This document shows positions 8,999 through 19,224 of a DNA stretch of 64,000 bases, one piece after another (within the stretch, counting starts at the first letter, position 1; every line of letters begins with the position of its first letter). Position numbers and translations under genes: made by a program. The stretch is taken from the IMG/VR virus record IMGVR_UViG_3300037297_000066, positions 62,001-126,000 of that record; one strand, 5' to 3'. The notes under the pieces were generated by a model. It was not told the DNA's origin and did not search any database. It saw only the letters and a list, made by a program, of their open reading frames with translations.

Positions 8999-10676
8999 TG
9001 ACGGACTCAGGATCCGCTATCTGGGACAGTACGTTGTCTGGCAGGTAACCTGTACCAACTAAACGCCGAATGAAATTGCGGGTTCGCTTGAGATTCTCGT
9101 CCGGTGGAGCTGCTCGTTTCGGACGAGGCAGTATCCGGGCCAAATAGAATGCTTCATCCATAGCCAGTCGGGAAGCGGGCTTCTGGAAGTAGTGTCTTGC
9201 TGCCGCTCCTATCCCATACAGGTCTGGACCGAACTCGATGACGTTGAGGTACAGCTCCATGATCTGGGCCTTGGACAGACACCCCTCCAACCAGCGAGAC
9301 AAGATCACCTCCCGGGCTTTTCGGTCTAAGGTCCGGAATCTTTGCAGCCAAAGATTCTTGGCCAATTGCATAGTGATGGTGGAGCCCCCACGAACGAAAC
9401 GACCCTGTTCTAAGTTGGACTTAAGAGAGTTGAACAGGGCTTGCTTGAGGTAGCCCCGATGTCGCTTGAACCCAGGGTCCTCTAGGAGGGTGAAAGCGTC
9501 CGGTACATGTACCGGCAAGTCGGCAATCGATACCCAGTTAGCTGTGGTGGGCCCTGATTCTCGTTCGAAGGGGACGTTGTCTCGGTCGTAGGCAAAATAG
9601 GTGAACTTGCCACGCTTCAACTGAGCAATGAGAGGGTCGGAACAATCCAATTTGCACGTGTTATGGATCTTGAGCTTGGGTTTGGGTCGAATGCGGACTT
9701 CGAACCCGAGGGTGCCCGAGATGTTCTCCAGTTGTAGATCTGCAAAGGGTTTCCCAGGGATAGCTTCCCACCAGGCTCTGCAAGAAGCCTCGGCTCCCAC
9801 CAGATGCCAGTCGGAGGGGGTGACCTTGATGGTGACTTCCCCGCCTTGAGTCACCGTTACAGGCAAGGACATCTCCTGCTTCAGAAGGTAGCCCAAGGGA
9901 ACCTCCACCACGAGATCCGGTACCTCAGCAGGGCCTCCCCCTGGTTTCTTGAGCCAAGGGTGGCTGGTGGCAAGCTTCCGAACGGTTACCTGTACGGTCT
10001 TTGGAAGCAGGGACGCTCGCACGGTTTCAAGCCGAACCATGTCGTCCCCGAGCTCTACAACCTCTGCTTCAAGCCACTTCTCCTCGAAGCTGGCTCGCAG
10101 GTTCTCCAAACGAAGGGGTTCCTCGTCCTTCAAACCAGGGATTTGAATAGGGATTGGAACCGTAGTCTCAAGTCGTTCGGTGGTCACGGTCTTCGAGTGC
10201 ACCATGACACAAGCCGAGTGCACGGAGCTCTTCAAGCCCTTGTAGACTAAATCCCCCTTGGAACTACAGGCAAAACCTTCCTTGTAAGACACGTCTTCGA
10301 AGTTCCCGTTGAACCCCTCCTTCGACACTGTCACGTGTAGGCCGTTGACTACGATGCTCCGACCCGAGCTCCCTGTTCCCTTGGACTGAGGACGCTTGAA
10401 GGAATCAAGGTCCACAGTCACAGTTCCCCCTTCAATGAGGACCTGGTCGAAGTCTACCGTGATGCGTGTCAAGGTCGCCAGGAGGCCCTCACGCTCGACA
10501 ATCACCTTCTTGAACAGCAGCCGCCCCCACTCCAGCTCAACCTTATCGATGGATCGAACGTCAGGGTAACGATCTTCGACGTACTTCACGATCAACGAGG
10601 GCGCCAACAGGTAGACTGCCAACGACAAGAGAAACAGCGCTCCTAGTCCCCCAACCAGACGTTTGCACCAAGTCAT
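8970..10676 (-). CDS. Peptidoglycan glycosyltransferase (GT51, MtgA/PBP transglycosylase domain) with long N-terminal region
   Basis: GT51 motifs EDPGFKRHRG, RGGSTITMQLAKNL, RKAREV, IMELYLNVIEFG, GIGAAARHYF; N-terminal TM; no transpeptidase domain. Confidence 0.9.
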   Translation of the reverse strand: MTWCKRLVGGLGALFLLSLAVYLLAPSLIVKYVEDRYPDVRSIDKVELEWGRLLFKKVIVEREGLLATLTRITVDFDQVLIEGGTVTVDLDSFKRPQSKGTGSSGRSIVVNGLHVTVSKEGFNGNFEDVSYKEGFACSSKGDLVYKGLKSSVHSACVMVHSKTVTTERLETTVPIPIQIPGLKDEEPLRLENLRASFEEKWLEAEVVELGDDMVRLETVRASLLPKTVQVTVRKLATSHPWLKKPGGGPAEVPDLVVEVPLGYLLKQEMSLPVTVTQGGEVTIKVTPSDWHLVGAEASCRAWWEAIPGKPFADLQLENISGTLGFEVRIRPKPKLKIHNTCKLDCSDPLIAQLKRGKFTYFAYDRDNVPFERESGPTTANWVSIADLPVHVPDAFTLLEDPGFKRHRGYLKQALFNSLKSNLEQGRFVRGGSTITMQLAKNLWLQRFRTLDRKAREVILSRWLEGCLSKAQIMELYLNVIEFGPDLYGIGAAARHYFQKPASRLAMDEAFYLARILPRPKRAAPPDENLKRTRNFIRRLVGTGYLPDNVLSQIADPESVSGEGWEVND

Positions 10677-11396
10677 TCAGTTCTTGTCCTGTAGAAGGCG
10701 CTCAAACCAAGATTTGCGAGGCTTGGAAGGTTTTTCAAGGGCCGCTGGCTTTGCAGTGTTTTTTGCCGGAGATTTCCGTCGATCAGGAGTCTGGGTTCGA
10801 GGGGACACTCTCGTTACCCTCCTCTCTACGAACGAGGTATTTCCGAATCGAGCTATGGTCTGCATAGCCCTTCGCATCTCTTCTCCAACCCGCTGCATTT
10901 CCCGATGTATGGTTTCTTGGGCACGCCTCAACTCTTCCTGTTCGGTAGAAAGGGGGCTTCTTGTGTGGTTCTCATCGGGATCTTCGTCGTCCTCCTCGTC
11001 TTCGTCCTCCTCGTCTTCGTTCTCCTCGTCTTCGTCCTCTTCTAAGTCGTCTTCGTCCTCGTCCTCCTCGTCTTCGTCCTCCTCGTCTTCGTTCTCCTCG
11101 TCTTCGTTCTCCTCGTCTTCGTCCTCCTCGTCTTCATCGAGGTAATTGTCATCGTCCTCCTCGACCCACACCTCTCCCAAATCGTCCTCCTCGTCATCTT
11201 CTTCACTATCATCATCATGGCTTCGCCTGATGGTGATAGGGGCTCCTCCAGAACTGGAAAGGGACTCCTTCAGTTGGGAAGTTCGTTCTTGAACTCTTAA
11301 CCTCAAGTTTCCCAACCCCTTCAGCATCGCCAGGCTTCCGTAGTAAGAAAGCAAAACGACGGCTACCAAACCAACGATCAGAACCACGTAAATCAT
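10677..11396 (-). CDS. TM protein with long Asp/Glu tract and W-tag (KSWFERLL)
   Basis: N-terminal TM; very long E/D run; tag. Confidence 0.75.
   Translation of the reverse strand: MIYVVLIVGLVAVVLLSYYGSLAMLKGLGNLRLRVQERTSQLKESLSSSGGAPITIRRSHDDDSEEDDEEDDLGEVWVEEDDDNYLDEDEEDEDEENEDEENEDEEDEDEEDEDEDDLEEDEDEENEDEEDEDEEDDEDPDENHTRSPLSTEQEELRRAQETIHREMQRVGEEMRRAMQTIARFGNTSFVERRVTRVSPRTQTPDRRKSPAKNTAKPAALEKPSKPRKSWFERLLQDKN
10978..11220 (-). repeat. Low-complexity degenerate repeat encoding E/D tract
   Basis: Recurrent TCCTCGTCTTCGT units on the + strand. Confidence 0.85.
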
Positions 11397-11956
11397 GTGT
11401 TTCTCTCTTCAGAGTCAGGTTCAACAATGCGTTCTTGCCAGGACCGGGGTTGTGGGGGAGCTGCTGCTGGAGTCCGAGACTCTTCTTCCCAATGTTGTCG
11501 CAGCACCCTAGCCAGATCGGTTTCTCTGGAAGGCTCCCCTGAGGCTCTGGCTTGGGGTTGAGGAGGGGGAGACGGCGCTTGGGGCTGAAGGTTCCTGATA
11601 CCCCGCATAAACTCCGTGATGCCTCCACCGAAGGCAGGAGCAACCCCTGAACCATGCCGAGCCAGATTCCTCAACCTCTCTTGATCTTCTTGGATCTCTT
11701 CAAACCGGCGCAAGGACCGCTGCAGGTCATTTCGCTCCTGTAACAACCCTTCGTTTGCGTTCCTCAGACGCTGATTGTTCTCCGTGTAGTGATCAAAGGT
11801 CTGCTTGTATGTATCAAGTATCCCTTCCATAGCCTTGAGCATGCTTTCATGATCTTGGGCCAGGAATTTCCACTTAAGTCCCCACCGGGTGACCAGGAAC
11901 AAGCCCACACTCAAAATCAGCACCACCACAACCCGAATGATGTCGGCCTGACTCAC
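11393..11956 (-). CDS. TM coiled-coil hypothetical with W-tag (RSWQERIV)
   Basis: TM, coiled coil, tag; overlap with next gene. Confidence 0.7.
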   Translation of the reverse strand: MSQADIIRVVVVLILSVGLFLVTRWGLKWKFLAQDHESMLKAMEGILDTYKQTFDHYTENNQRLRNANEGLLQERNDLQRSLRRFEEIQEDQERLRNLARHGSGVAPAFGGGITEFMRGIRNLQPQAPSPPPQPQARASGEPSRETDLARVLRQHWEEESRTPAAAPPQPRSWQERIVEPDSEERNT

Positions 11957-12000
11957 GGGCTTTCTCCAGACTGTGAATCTATCTGTAGAAACATAGAGAT

Positions 12001-12867
12001 ATGGATGCCCTTGCTCTGCGGGTCCGAGACCGGTTCCTGATTCGGAAGGCCGTAGACCTACAGTACACCGATTCCGTGCGGACAGCCTCCTGGAGTCCCC
12101 CCAAAGAGGAGGTACTGGCTCTGGTAGATGCTTTCTGGGAACCCCGGCTCGCCTCCGACAAGGAAGCCTTCGGGGGGATCATGCGGGCCGTCAGCAAACT
12201 GCTGGGCATGCTCAAACGAGCTCCCAGAGCTTGGCCCGCCATCCAAAGAGCGTTGGGCTTGGAGGAGATGGAAGGCCGAAGCCTTCTGGAAAAGGGAAAG
12301 ATTCTGGGGGCCCGACTCAAGGAATTGGCCAAAGAGGGAAAGCGCTGGCTTGGAAAGGCTCTCAAAGGAGCCTCCGAGAGATTCCCTCTCGCCCTCTTCT
12401 TTGTGTCCAAGAACAAACTCCCGGGCCTGACCGATCTGATGTCCCGCATCTTAGACAAGGTACCGTGGGCCCGGCAAGCCCTCAGCAAGATCCACGCAGG
12501 GTCAGTCAAAGTGGATGACTGGTTCAAGCGGTACTTGCCGAGGCTCCGACGCCCCCTCTACGCTGCCATCTTTGCGTGGGTATGGTTCAATGTTGCGGAG
12601 ATTTCGTGGGATCTCCAAGGGTTACTGGACGGATTCACAGGAAGTATCTCCTTGCCCGAGCTCTTGGCATCCCTTCCGGAGTCAGGTATTGGGTTCATTG
12701 CCGCCAGTTTTGGGCTGGGGTACGGAGCCCTCCCGGTGACATTGATTGCCCGAATCTTGTGGCTCGTGGCCAACCACTATCTGGAATGGATCCCAGGCAA
12801 GGGCCTCCAGGTCAGGTGGGACCTTCTGGGATTCCCGGACCAACGTCCAGAACTTGTGTCCGTCTAG
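12001..12867 (+). CDS. Hypothetical protein with hydrophobic C-terminal half
   Basis: 288 aa ORF; AGAG-ATG start. Confidence 0.7.
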   Translation: MDALALRVRDRFLIRKAVDLQYTDSVRTASWSPPKEEVLALVDAFWEPRLASDKEAFGGIMRAVSKLLGMLKRAPRAWPAIQRALGLEEMEGRSLLEKGKILGARLKELAKEGKRWLGKALKGASERFPLALFFVSKNKLPGLTDLMSRILDKVPWARQALSKIHAGSVKVDDWFKRYLPRLRRPLYAAIFAWVWFNVAEISWDLQGLLDGFTGSISLPELLASLPESGIGFIAASFGLGYGALPVTLIARILWLVANHYLEWIPGKGLQVRWDLLGFPDQRPELVSV

Positions 12868-12900
12868 GTCGAGCCCTGGTGTATAGTAGGTTGTCCTCAA

Positions 12901-13437
12901 ATGTGGGGCCAACAACGACAGCTCTGCGGCTCACAAGCAGAGACAAGGATTCGTCGTCATCGGACTTCTCTTGAGGAGAAACGAATGAGCTCTAAATTCG
13001 AGCAACGGCTAGCACTGGTTTGTCTTCTGTTCGTGCTCTCCGGGGTCCCCGCTGTAGTAGTAGGCTACAACTACGGAGCTCTCTACGGGGTGGGAGTCTT
13101 GGCTTTCGCCACATGGGTGGGGATGGTGTCTTCGATCCTGGTCTTTTCAAAACGGCTAGAAGAATCCCGTGACCAGGTGAAAAGCCTACAAAAACGCCTG
13201 ACAGAGACCCGTACAGATCTTCGACGAAGTCATCTGACTTTGACCCAGGAGTTCCGAGAACACTGTCAACAGACGGTCCCCCCTGCTAGATCCCCCAGTT
13301 TGAGAGAGCATCGAATCGAGGGTACTAGACTTTTGATCAAGATACCCGTCAGAAAGAACCATCGTTTAGAAACCGATGCAGACCCTCCAACTGCTTGGGA
13401 TCGTTTGAATTCTGAGGAATCTGAGACCACGGGTTAA
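12901..13437 (+). CDS. Two-TM coiled-coil protein with W-tag (PTAWDRL)
   Basis: Class B motif at 12878; alternative start MSSKF after GAGGAG. Confidence 0.7.
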   Translation: MWGQQRQLCGSQAETRIRRHRTSLEEKRMSSKFEQRLALVCLLFVLSGVPAVVVGYNYGALYGVGVLAFATWVGMVSSILVFSKRLEESRDQVKSLQKRLTETRTDLRRSHLTLTQEFREHCQQTVPPARSPSLREHRIEGTRLLIKIPVRKNHRLETDADPPTAWDRLNSEESETTG

Positions 13438-13462
13438 GATCTGGGCCCCTCACGTGTAGTAG
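13431..13462 (+). promoter_or_regulatory. Class A motif, copy 3
   Basis: GGGTTAAGATCTGGGCCCCTCACGTGTAGTAG, then AGAAC-ATG (13468). Confidence 0.7.
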
Positions 13463-13467
13463 AGAAC

Positions 13468-14136
13468 ATGACCAACATTGATGCCCAATGGGCAGCTGTA
13501 GAAGCCAAGCGATGTGCTGTCCTCAAAAAGGTTTGTGACAACATCAAAGCCCACGGCTATCCCGTGAAGGAAGGAGAGGGAGGAAGGGCCACTCTCGTGT
13601 ACGAGACGACTGTCATTGCCGCCTTTTCGGTAGATTTGAGAGGCAAGATCACGGTGCAGAATGTGGCGGGAAGAGAACGTACCCGAACCTACCCCCGCCT
13701 CAAGCAGACCGGTGAGTACAACGTCGAGAAGATGACGGAAACCATCCTCGACTGGGTGAAGGATCACAAACGACGGCAGGACCGACTTGAGGAAAGAAAG
13801 AGAGCTCTGGTTCCCTACGAGGAAGCTTTCCGGAAAATGGAAGCCGTTCGGAAAGGCCAGCGTGCTAAGTTTCGGGCCAGTCTGTCGGAAACGGGTGTGC
13901 GAGTTGTCAATGCCTTCAACGAATCAGCATTGCCCGTTCTGCAAGAGCTCATCACGGTCCAAGACGACAACGCCGCCGTTCACTTCGAAGGGGACATTCC
14001 CATCGCAGCCCTCAAAGTACTGCTGCCCTTCCTAGTATCCCCCGATTTCGGGGACGACAACTGTCGCCTCAAATTCGAAGCCAAGCTCAGTGCTGAAGAG
14101 GCCGTCGAGCTGGCTCGGAAGGTGTACGGTAAGTAA
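13468..14136 (+). CDS. Hypothetical protein
   Basis: 222 aa ORF downstream of a class A motif. Confidence 0.75.
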   Translation: MTNIDAQWAAVEAKRCAVLKKVCDNIKAHGYPVKEGEGGRATLVYETTVIAAFSVDLRGKITVQNVAGRERTRTYPRLKQTGEYNVEKMTETILDWVKDHKRRQDRLEERKRALVPYEEAFRKMEAVRKGQRAKFRASLSETGVRVVNAFNESALPVLQELITVQDDNAAVHFEGDIPIAALKVLLPFLVSPDFGDDNCRLKFEAKLSAEEAVELARKVYGK

Positions 14137-14835
14137 GTGGCAAGCAAGAAAAGTGCCCAGAAGTTCGAGAATGCTTCACAGCTCATTCAGCGGGCTGTGG
14201 AGCTCCGATACTTCAGTGAAAAGAGCCCGGCTATCCCTTACCACTGGGTTCGGGGATCGAACCCGTTGATCGTGATCGTGGGGGACAACGCCGGAGGCAA
14301 ATCCTTCGTTCGTAGGATATTCAACGCCCTCTGCCAGAAGAACCACATCGAGTTCATGGGGATCTCGATGGAAGGCCGGCAAGGCGTCTCAATGGCTCCT
14401 TGGCTCGCTTTGGTCTACGGGGACGAGTCCTACCAGAGCACGGGTCAACTCTCCGTGAGCACCGTTCTGGGGGGAATCAAGACCTGTACCAGTCGATGCG
14501 AGGAGAGAAAACCTCACGTCATCTTCTGGGACGAGCCTGACCTGGGCCTGAGTGAATCCTGGGCGGCAGGGGTCGGTGTGGCCATTCGAGATCTGACCCA
14601 ACAGGTGACTTCCTCGACCAGGGCCATTTGTGTGGTGACCCATAGCCGGCCCTTGGTCCGGGAATTGTTGCCAGTCAACCCTCACTACCTGCACGTGGGA
14701 TCGGACAAGGCTCCTGCCACCCTGAAAGAGTGGCTCACTCGAAAGGTACGCCCCCGAAAAATCGAAACTCTGGGGAAGTTGTCTCACCAACGGTTCACCA
14801 AAATCAGGAAGATCCTGAAGGAATGTGAGTCCTGA
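14137..14835 (+). CDS. ABC/AAA-type P-loop ATPase
   Basis: Walker A GDNAGGKS, Walker B IFWDEPDLGLS, H-loop VVTHS. Confidence 0.8.
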   Translation: MASKKSAQKFENASQLIQRAVELRYFSEKSPAIPYHWVRGSNPLIVIVGDNAGGKSFVRRIFNALCQKNHIEFMGISMEGRQGVSMAPWLALVYGDESYQSTGQLSVSTVLGGIKTCTSRCEERKPHVIFWDEPDLGLSESWAAGVGVAIRDLTQQVTSSTRAICVVTHSRPLVRELLPVNPHYLHVGSDKAPATLKEWLTRKVRPRKIETLGKLSHQRFTKIRKILKECES

Positions 14836-15035
14836 TGCCCCGAAAGAAGAAGTCTGAACTCAATCTCAAGCTCCGCCCCATCCTGGATGCTCACGGACCC
14901 TACAGCATCATGTCGGTCCTGGCCGAGTTGCTGCGGGAAGACGCTGCCAAGGCCAGGAAGGAACACGACTACGAGCGAGAAGCGCTTGCCAAGAAGGTGG
15001 CCCACCACGTCGAGCAGGTAAGAGACGTCGAGTAG
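14835..15035 (+). CDS. Small hypothetical protein
   Basis: TGATG-coupled. Confidence 0.55.
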   Translation: MPRKKKSELNLKLRPILDAHGPYSIMSVLAELLREDAAKARKEHDYEREALAKKVAHHVEQVRDVE

Positions 15036-15037
15036 CC

Positions 15038-16243
15038 ATGCGCAACATGCGAATGAGAATCAAGGGAGCGGATGGACGGTTCAAGACCGTTTACGAATCT
15101 CACTTCGATCCTAAAACGGGCAACCTTGTTCGCAGGGTTTGGGAACTTCGCAACAGGGATCGGTTCTCGTTAATCGAAGAGGATGAAGACCTGTGCACCC
15201 AGTTTCGCTCACAATTCCCTCACAGGCATAGGAGTTTTTGCTCCCCCTCCCCGGAGATGGTGGACATCTCCATCACGAACCAATGCAACTTCGAATGCCC
15301 TTACTGCTACCAGTGCAGCACCAAGGATGCTGAGCACGGGGAGCACAACCTGGTAGAGAAGGTGATCAAGGGATTCCAACACCCTCCCTACCAGATTGCC
15401 ATCGGGGGCGGAGAACCTACCCTCCACCCAGATCTGCCAGACATGTTGCGAACCGCCCGGCGACTCAAGGTAGTTCCCAACTACACGACCAATGGCAGCT
15501 TCATGACTAGAGAATTGGTCGAAGCCACCAACAAGTACTGTGGCGGGGTAGCCATGACCTACCACCCCCACAAGGGTATTGCCTGGTTTCGGAAGCACTA
15601 TCTCCGGCTGAAGAACAGTCTCACTTGCCAAGTCAACGTCCACCTCATTCTCAAGCGAGGAATTCTTCGAGATCTTCGAGCCTTGATGGGCCTCCAAAAA
15701 GAAGCGGGTCCCATCTCCCTGGTACTGCTCGCCTACGATCCCCAGGGACGAGGCACGATGAGCCAGCTTCCCAGTCGTAGCGACTTCAACGACCGGCTAC
15801 CCCAACTGCTGATCACTGCCCAAAACCAGGGAATGCGTGTCGCCTTCTCTGAGGGTCTCCTGCCTTACTTCCTCAGCCGCCCCCAAATCGCTGCCAACGC
15901 TGGACTAGGAACCCGGTCAGAGGGTCTGTTCAGCTGCTACGTCAACTCCCAGGGGCAGATGTTCGAAAGCAGCTTCGGGGCTGCTCCATGTGCAGGAGAC
16001 TTCCAAAAACCAACGGTTTTCGAGAATACTTCCCAAGAGCTCTGGGAGAATTTGTATGTGGGGTACAAACCTGACTTTCCTCCATGCTCTACCTGCAAAG
16101 GCAAAAGTCGGTGTGCACCTCGGGCGGTTACCTTTGGCTACCTGCTGTGTGCCCACTCAGAGATCCACAAGCTCCCTCATTGTGAACGCCCTGCCGAGGG
16201 AGTTAAGACCGCCTTCGAGAGACTTTTGGAGGAAGACGACTGA
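15038..16243 (+). CDS. Radical SAM protein with SPASM/twitch-like C-terminus and W-tag variant (KTAFERLL)
   Basis: CNFECPYC (CxxxCxxC), GGGEPTLHP, YTTNG, C-terminal Cys cluster (CSTC...C). Confidence 0.9.
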   Translation: MRNMRMRIKGADGRFKTVYESHFDPKTGNLVRRVWELRNRDRFSLIEEDEDLCTQFRSQFPHRHRSFCSPSPEMVDISITNQCNFECPYCYQCSTKDAEHGEHNLVEKVIKGFQHPPYQIAIGGGEPTLHPDLPDMLRTARRLKVVPNYTTNGSFMTRELVEATNKYCGGVAMTYHPHKGIAWFRKHYLRLKNSLTCQVNVHLILKRGILRDLRALMGLQKEAGPISLVLLAYDPQGRGTMSQLPSRSDFNDRLPQLLITAQNQGMRVAFSEGLLPYFLSRPQIAANAGLGTRSEGLFSCYVNSQGQMFESSFGAAPCAGDFQKPTVFENTSQELWENLYVGYKPDFPPCSTCKGKSRCAPRAVTFGYLLCAHSEIHKLPHCERPAEGVKTAFERLLEEDD

Positions 16244-16647
16244 TGCCCTACCAAGTTAGCGCCACTATTGGGTTCGTGACCAACTCCAGTTCCGCCATCA
16301 TGTTGTTCCCACCGGAACTGCTGAAGCACCCCGAGGTCAAAGCTTTTCTCGAAGCCTTCGAAATTGGGGAAGGTTTCGTAGGGGCCGACCTCTGGCATCG
16401 GGGCAGGTGCGGAACCATAGCCATTAGCCCGGCTCAAAAACGATTGGCCAAGACGCAACTCAAGCCAGACGTGGTTGACGAAGACACCTACACTGACAGC
16501 CGGGTTCCCGACTTCGATCCTGAAAGTGACGAAGTCTTGGTCATTTTCGGGGACGAATACAACACGGCCGCTTCAGAAATCGGAAGGTTTCTTCGTCTAG
16601 TAGCCGAGGAAGCTGGGATACCCTACTCCAGCAACGAGTACAACTAA
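16243..16647 (+). CDS. Hypothetical protein coupled to the radical SAM gene
   Basis: TGATG overlap; GFVTNSSS motif. Confidence 0.7.
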   Translation: MPYQVSATIGFVTNSSSAIMLFPPELLKHPEVKAFLEAFEIGEGFVGADLWHRGRCGTIAISPAQKRLAKTQLKPDVVDEDTYTDSRVPDFDPESDEVLVIFGDEYNTAASEIGRFLRLVAEEAGIPYSSNEYN

Positions 16648-17045
16648 TGGCGGCCATCAAGCGACGAGGAGCAGGCCCTCTCGACAACCAGTCGGGGAAG
16701 GAATGGTTTCGTCAGATCCAGGAAGCTGTCTCCCAACAGATCTACTACGTGGCCACGCATCCTGAGGCTAGCCTGGTCAGTCATGACAAAGCCAGAGCGG
16801 CCATCGCTGTCCTATTCGCCTTGGAGCCGATGGTCGAGTTCCCTCTCACTACCTATGAGGATACGGTTTCGGTCCTTGCCCGGTTGATGCAGCATCCCCA
16901 ATGGCTGGCCCAGTGGCGCCATGAGGACGCTGTTTTGGAAGATCTCAACCGACACATAGACAAGGCTGAACGAGAACGAGATCGCCGGCTCACCGGGAAA
17001 CCAGAACGAGCATTCCCGACGGCCTGGGACAGAATTCGGCGCTGA
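16647..17045 (+). CDS. Hypothetical with W-tag (PTAWDRI)
   Basis: TAATG overlap; tag. Confidence 0.7.
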   Translation: MAAIKRRGAGPLDNQSGKEWFRQIQEAVSQQIYYVATHPEASLVSHDKARAAIAVLFALEPMVEFPLTTYEDTVSVLARLMQHPQWLAQWRHEDAVLEDLNRHIDKAERERDRRLTGKPERAFPTAWDRIRR

Positions 17046-17071
17046 GGTTCTTTTCATGCCCTGGCTAGGGC

Positions 17072-17875
17072 ATGAGGCCCATCGCACTACCGCAAAAACA
17101 CGGAAAAGCCAGAGAACAAGCCCTCATAAACGCTGTTCTCGACGACAATTGTGACCTGCATTGGAGCGAGGTCACATCTGAAGAGGGGGGTCATCGCGGG
17201 GTATTTCGGATTTTCTCCGATGCCCTAGTCGTGAGCGTGTTGAACGGAGACACACCTCAAAACGTAAGGGTGAACGTCACAGCGGAGACTTCCCAGCACA
17301 TTGCGGACATCCTGGGGGCCTGCCTTCCCACAGCCAAACTCCTAGATCTGGCGTGGCTTCAAAGGAAAGCAACCCTGACTCCTTGCACCCGGAAAATCAC
17401 TTCCTCGACCAAGGCCATGATCGAGACAAGTCAGAGGGTGGATGCGCAGCTTCAAGCACTAGGCAACCCCCAGGGATTACTTTCAACGGTCGGCAAGCAC
17501 TGGATCCTGGACACAGCCATCCTGAAAAAGAAGAATCGAGCAGTCAACTATGGCTGGCACTTCGAAGGCTCCAGTTTCCACGATATCAAGGGAGAGGTAG
17601 CCGCCTCTGCCTACAAGGATCCCAATACGGGCCAGTACGGGAGACTCATCCAGGGAAGGGGGTCCGCCCATGACATCCACCACGTGGATTACTCCCAGAT
17701 CTGTCGGCTGGTAGCCCGAGACTGTGAGATCGATGGGGAAGTCAGAGATCTGGCTGACGTACTGAAGGACCCAGAGCTCAGCGTACTGGTCAGCCACCAG
17801 GGCCCTCTCTCCTTTCACCGGCATCCATACGTTGAAGAGAAGTACGTGGGGATGACCATTTTCGGAAGCCCGTAA
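17072..17875 (+). CDS. Hypothetical protein, possibly a catalytic domain
   Basis: 267 aa; conserved-looking KHW, NYGWH and HHVDYSQ motifs. Confidence 0.7.
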   Translation: MRPIALPQKHGKAREQALINAVLDDNCDLHWSEVTSEEGGHRGVFRIFSDALVVSVLNGDTPQNVRVNVTAETSQHIADILGACLPTAKLLDLAWLQRKATLTPCTRKITSSTKAMIETSQRVDAQLQALGNPQGLLSTVGKHWILDTAILKKKNRAVNYGWHFEGSSFHDIKGEVAASAYKDPNTGQYGRLIQGRGSAHDIHHVDYSQICRLVARDCEIDGEVRDLADVLKDPELSVLVSHQGPLSFHRHPYVEEKYVGMTIFGSP

Positions 17876-17877
17876 CC

Positions 17878-19224
17878 ATGCCCGCTCCTTCCTACCCCTA
17901 CCCCACGGACCAGTACGAGCCAACCCGGCCCGAGCTCTGGAGGGATGTGCTGGAGGTGGCAACAGGGAGGCGCCGAGAACTAAGAATCGGAGATCGTACC
18001 ATTCACTCCCCTAATGAGGGGCAGGGATTCGACAACATGCCTCACAACCCCAATGGCATTGCCTGGGCCGTGAAGCAGTACAATGGGTTCATGGGCGGTT
18101 GGCGTAAGAAGGAAGCAACGATGCCAGACACGGACACCTCCGACAACCCGATCAAACAGCCAGAGTTCACGGTCTTCCAACGTCAATCCCTGCAGAGGAT
18201 GGGTTTAGGAGGAGTGGTTGTTACCGATCACTTCGAGACCCATTGCCAAATGCAAGAGCTGCAAGCTCAAAGACTCGTGATGGGGTCAGCCGGCAAGAAG
18301 CCTGGTCAGTATTTCTGGAGTCTAACAGAGGCAGGTCAACGTCGAGTCACAGCAGCCCTCGGGGAAGACCTGAAGAGCCGAGTAGAAACCTTGATGCAGG
18401 CTTCTGACGAAGACGCCAAGAAAATGTCTCGGGACCTGGCCAAGTGGTTCGGAGAGAACTTCCAGCGGGTTCGGTCGGCCAAGACCCCTCGGGGCCAGAA
18501 ACGTGTCAAAGAGGAGGCCCAGCGTCTCTTGGATGTGTTGGAACTGATGGGAAACCCGGGGGGCCGAGTCACTCCAGGGGGAACCCAATCAGTGGTCAAA
18601 CAAGTCTGGGATCGCCTGGAACCCGACTTAGGGAACCTGGTGAAGTTCTTCACCTCGGAAGGGGACTTGTCCCGAGGCAAGCAAGAAGCTGTCACGGAAC
18701 TGAAGCTGTCTCACGCTACCTATCAGAACCGAGCCAACATCAGCGAGGCCAACTTCCGCAAGTACGCCGAAGCCGTGGACAAGGTCTTCGGATCCCTTAA
18801 GGGTTGGAGGAAGAAGGCTCTAGCCGGTAATCTCAAGGTAGCCTTCGTGGGACGAGGCGAAATGAAGCCTCAAGGCAAGTACGTCCGAGCCAAGGACGAA
18901 ATGCTGGTTCGGGCGACCCCCCAAGTCCTGAAGCGCTCTGCCGGCTACGGGAGCTTGGAATACATCCTGATCCACGAGCTGGGACACCGGTACGAGGAAA
19001 AGAACAAGCTCCCCACGGACTTCGACCGAGACGTGACCTGGAGGACCACCCGCTACAGCTGGACGGAGGGGGAAGCCTTTGCCGAGCTCTTTGCCCTCAG
19101 CCAGTTCAAATTGACCGGCAACTGGGATGCCAAGAAGGTCGAGAAGTTCGAGGACCTGATGTCTGGCAAGACCAAAGCAGCAGCTTTTCGAGTCCTCCAG
19201 CGCTACCAGCAGAGGGAAGCATGA
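17878..19224 (+). CDS. Protein with C-terminal zincin-like HExxH metallopeptidase motif
   Basis: ILIHELGHRY followed by EAFAELF. Confidence 0.65.
   Translation: MPAPSYPYPTDQYEPTRPELWRDVLEVATGRRRELRIGDRTIHSPNEGQGFDNMPHNPNGIAWAVKQYNGFMGGWRKKEATMPDTDTSDNPIKQPEFTVFQRQSLQRMGLGGVVVTDHFETHCQMQELQAQRLVMGSAGKKPGQYFWSLTEAGQRRVTAALGEDLKSRVETLMQASDEDAKKMSRDLAKWFGENFQRVRSAKTPRGQKRVKEEAQRLLDVLELMGNPGGRVTPGGTQSVVKQVWDRLEPDLGNLVKFFTSEGDLSRGKQEAVTELKLSHATYQNRANISEANFRKYAEAVDKVFGSLKGWRKKALAGNLKVAFVGRGEMKPQGKYVRAKDEMLVRATPQVLKRSAGYGSLEYILIHELGHRYEEKNKLPTDFDRDVTWRTTRYSWTEGEAFAELFALSQFKLTGNWDAKKVEKFEDLMSGKTKAAAFRVLQRYQQREA

Noticed and set aside
10663-11230. Poly-Ser and RPPRL-repeat ORFs on the + strand
   Set aside because: Antisense readings of the E/D tract.
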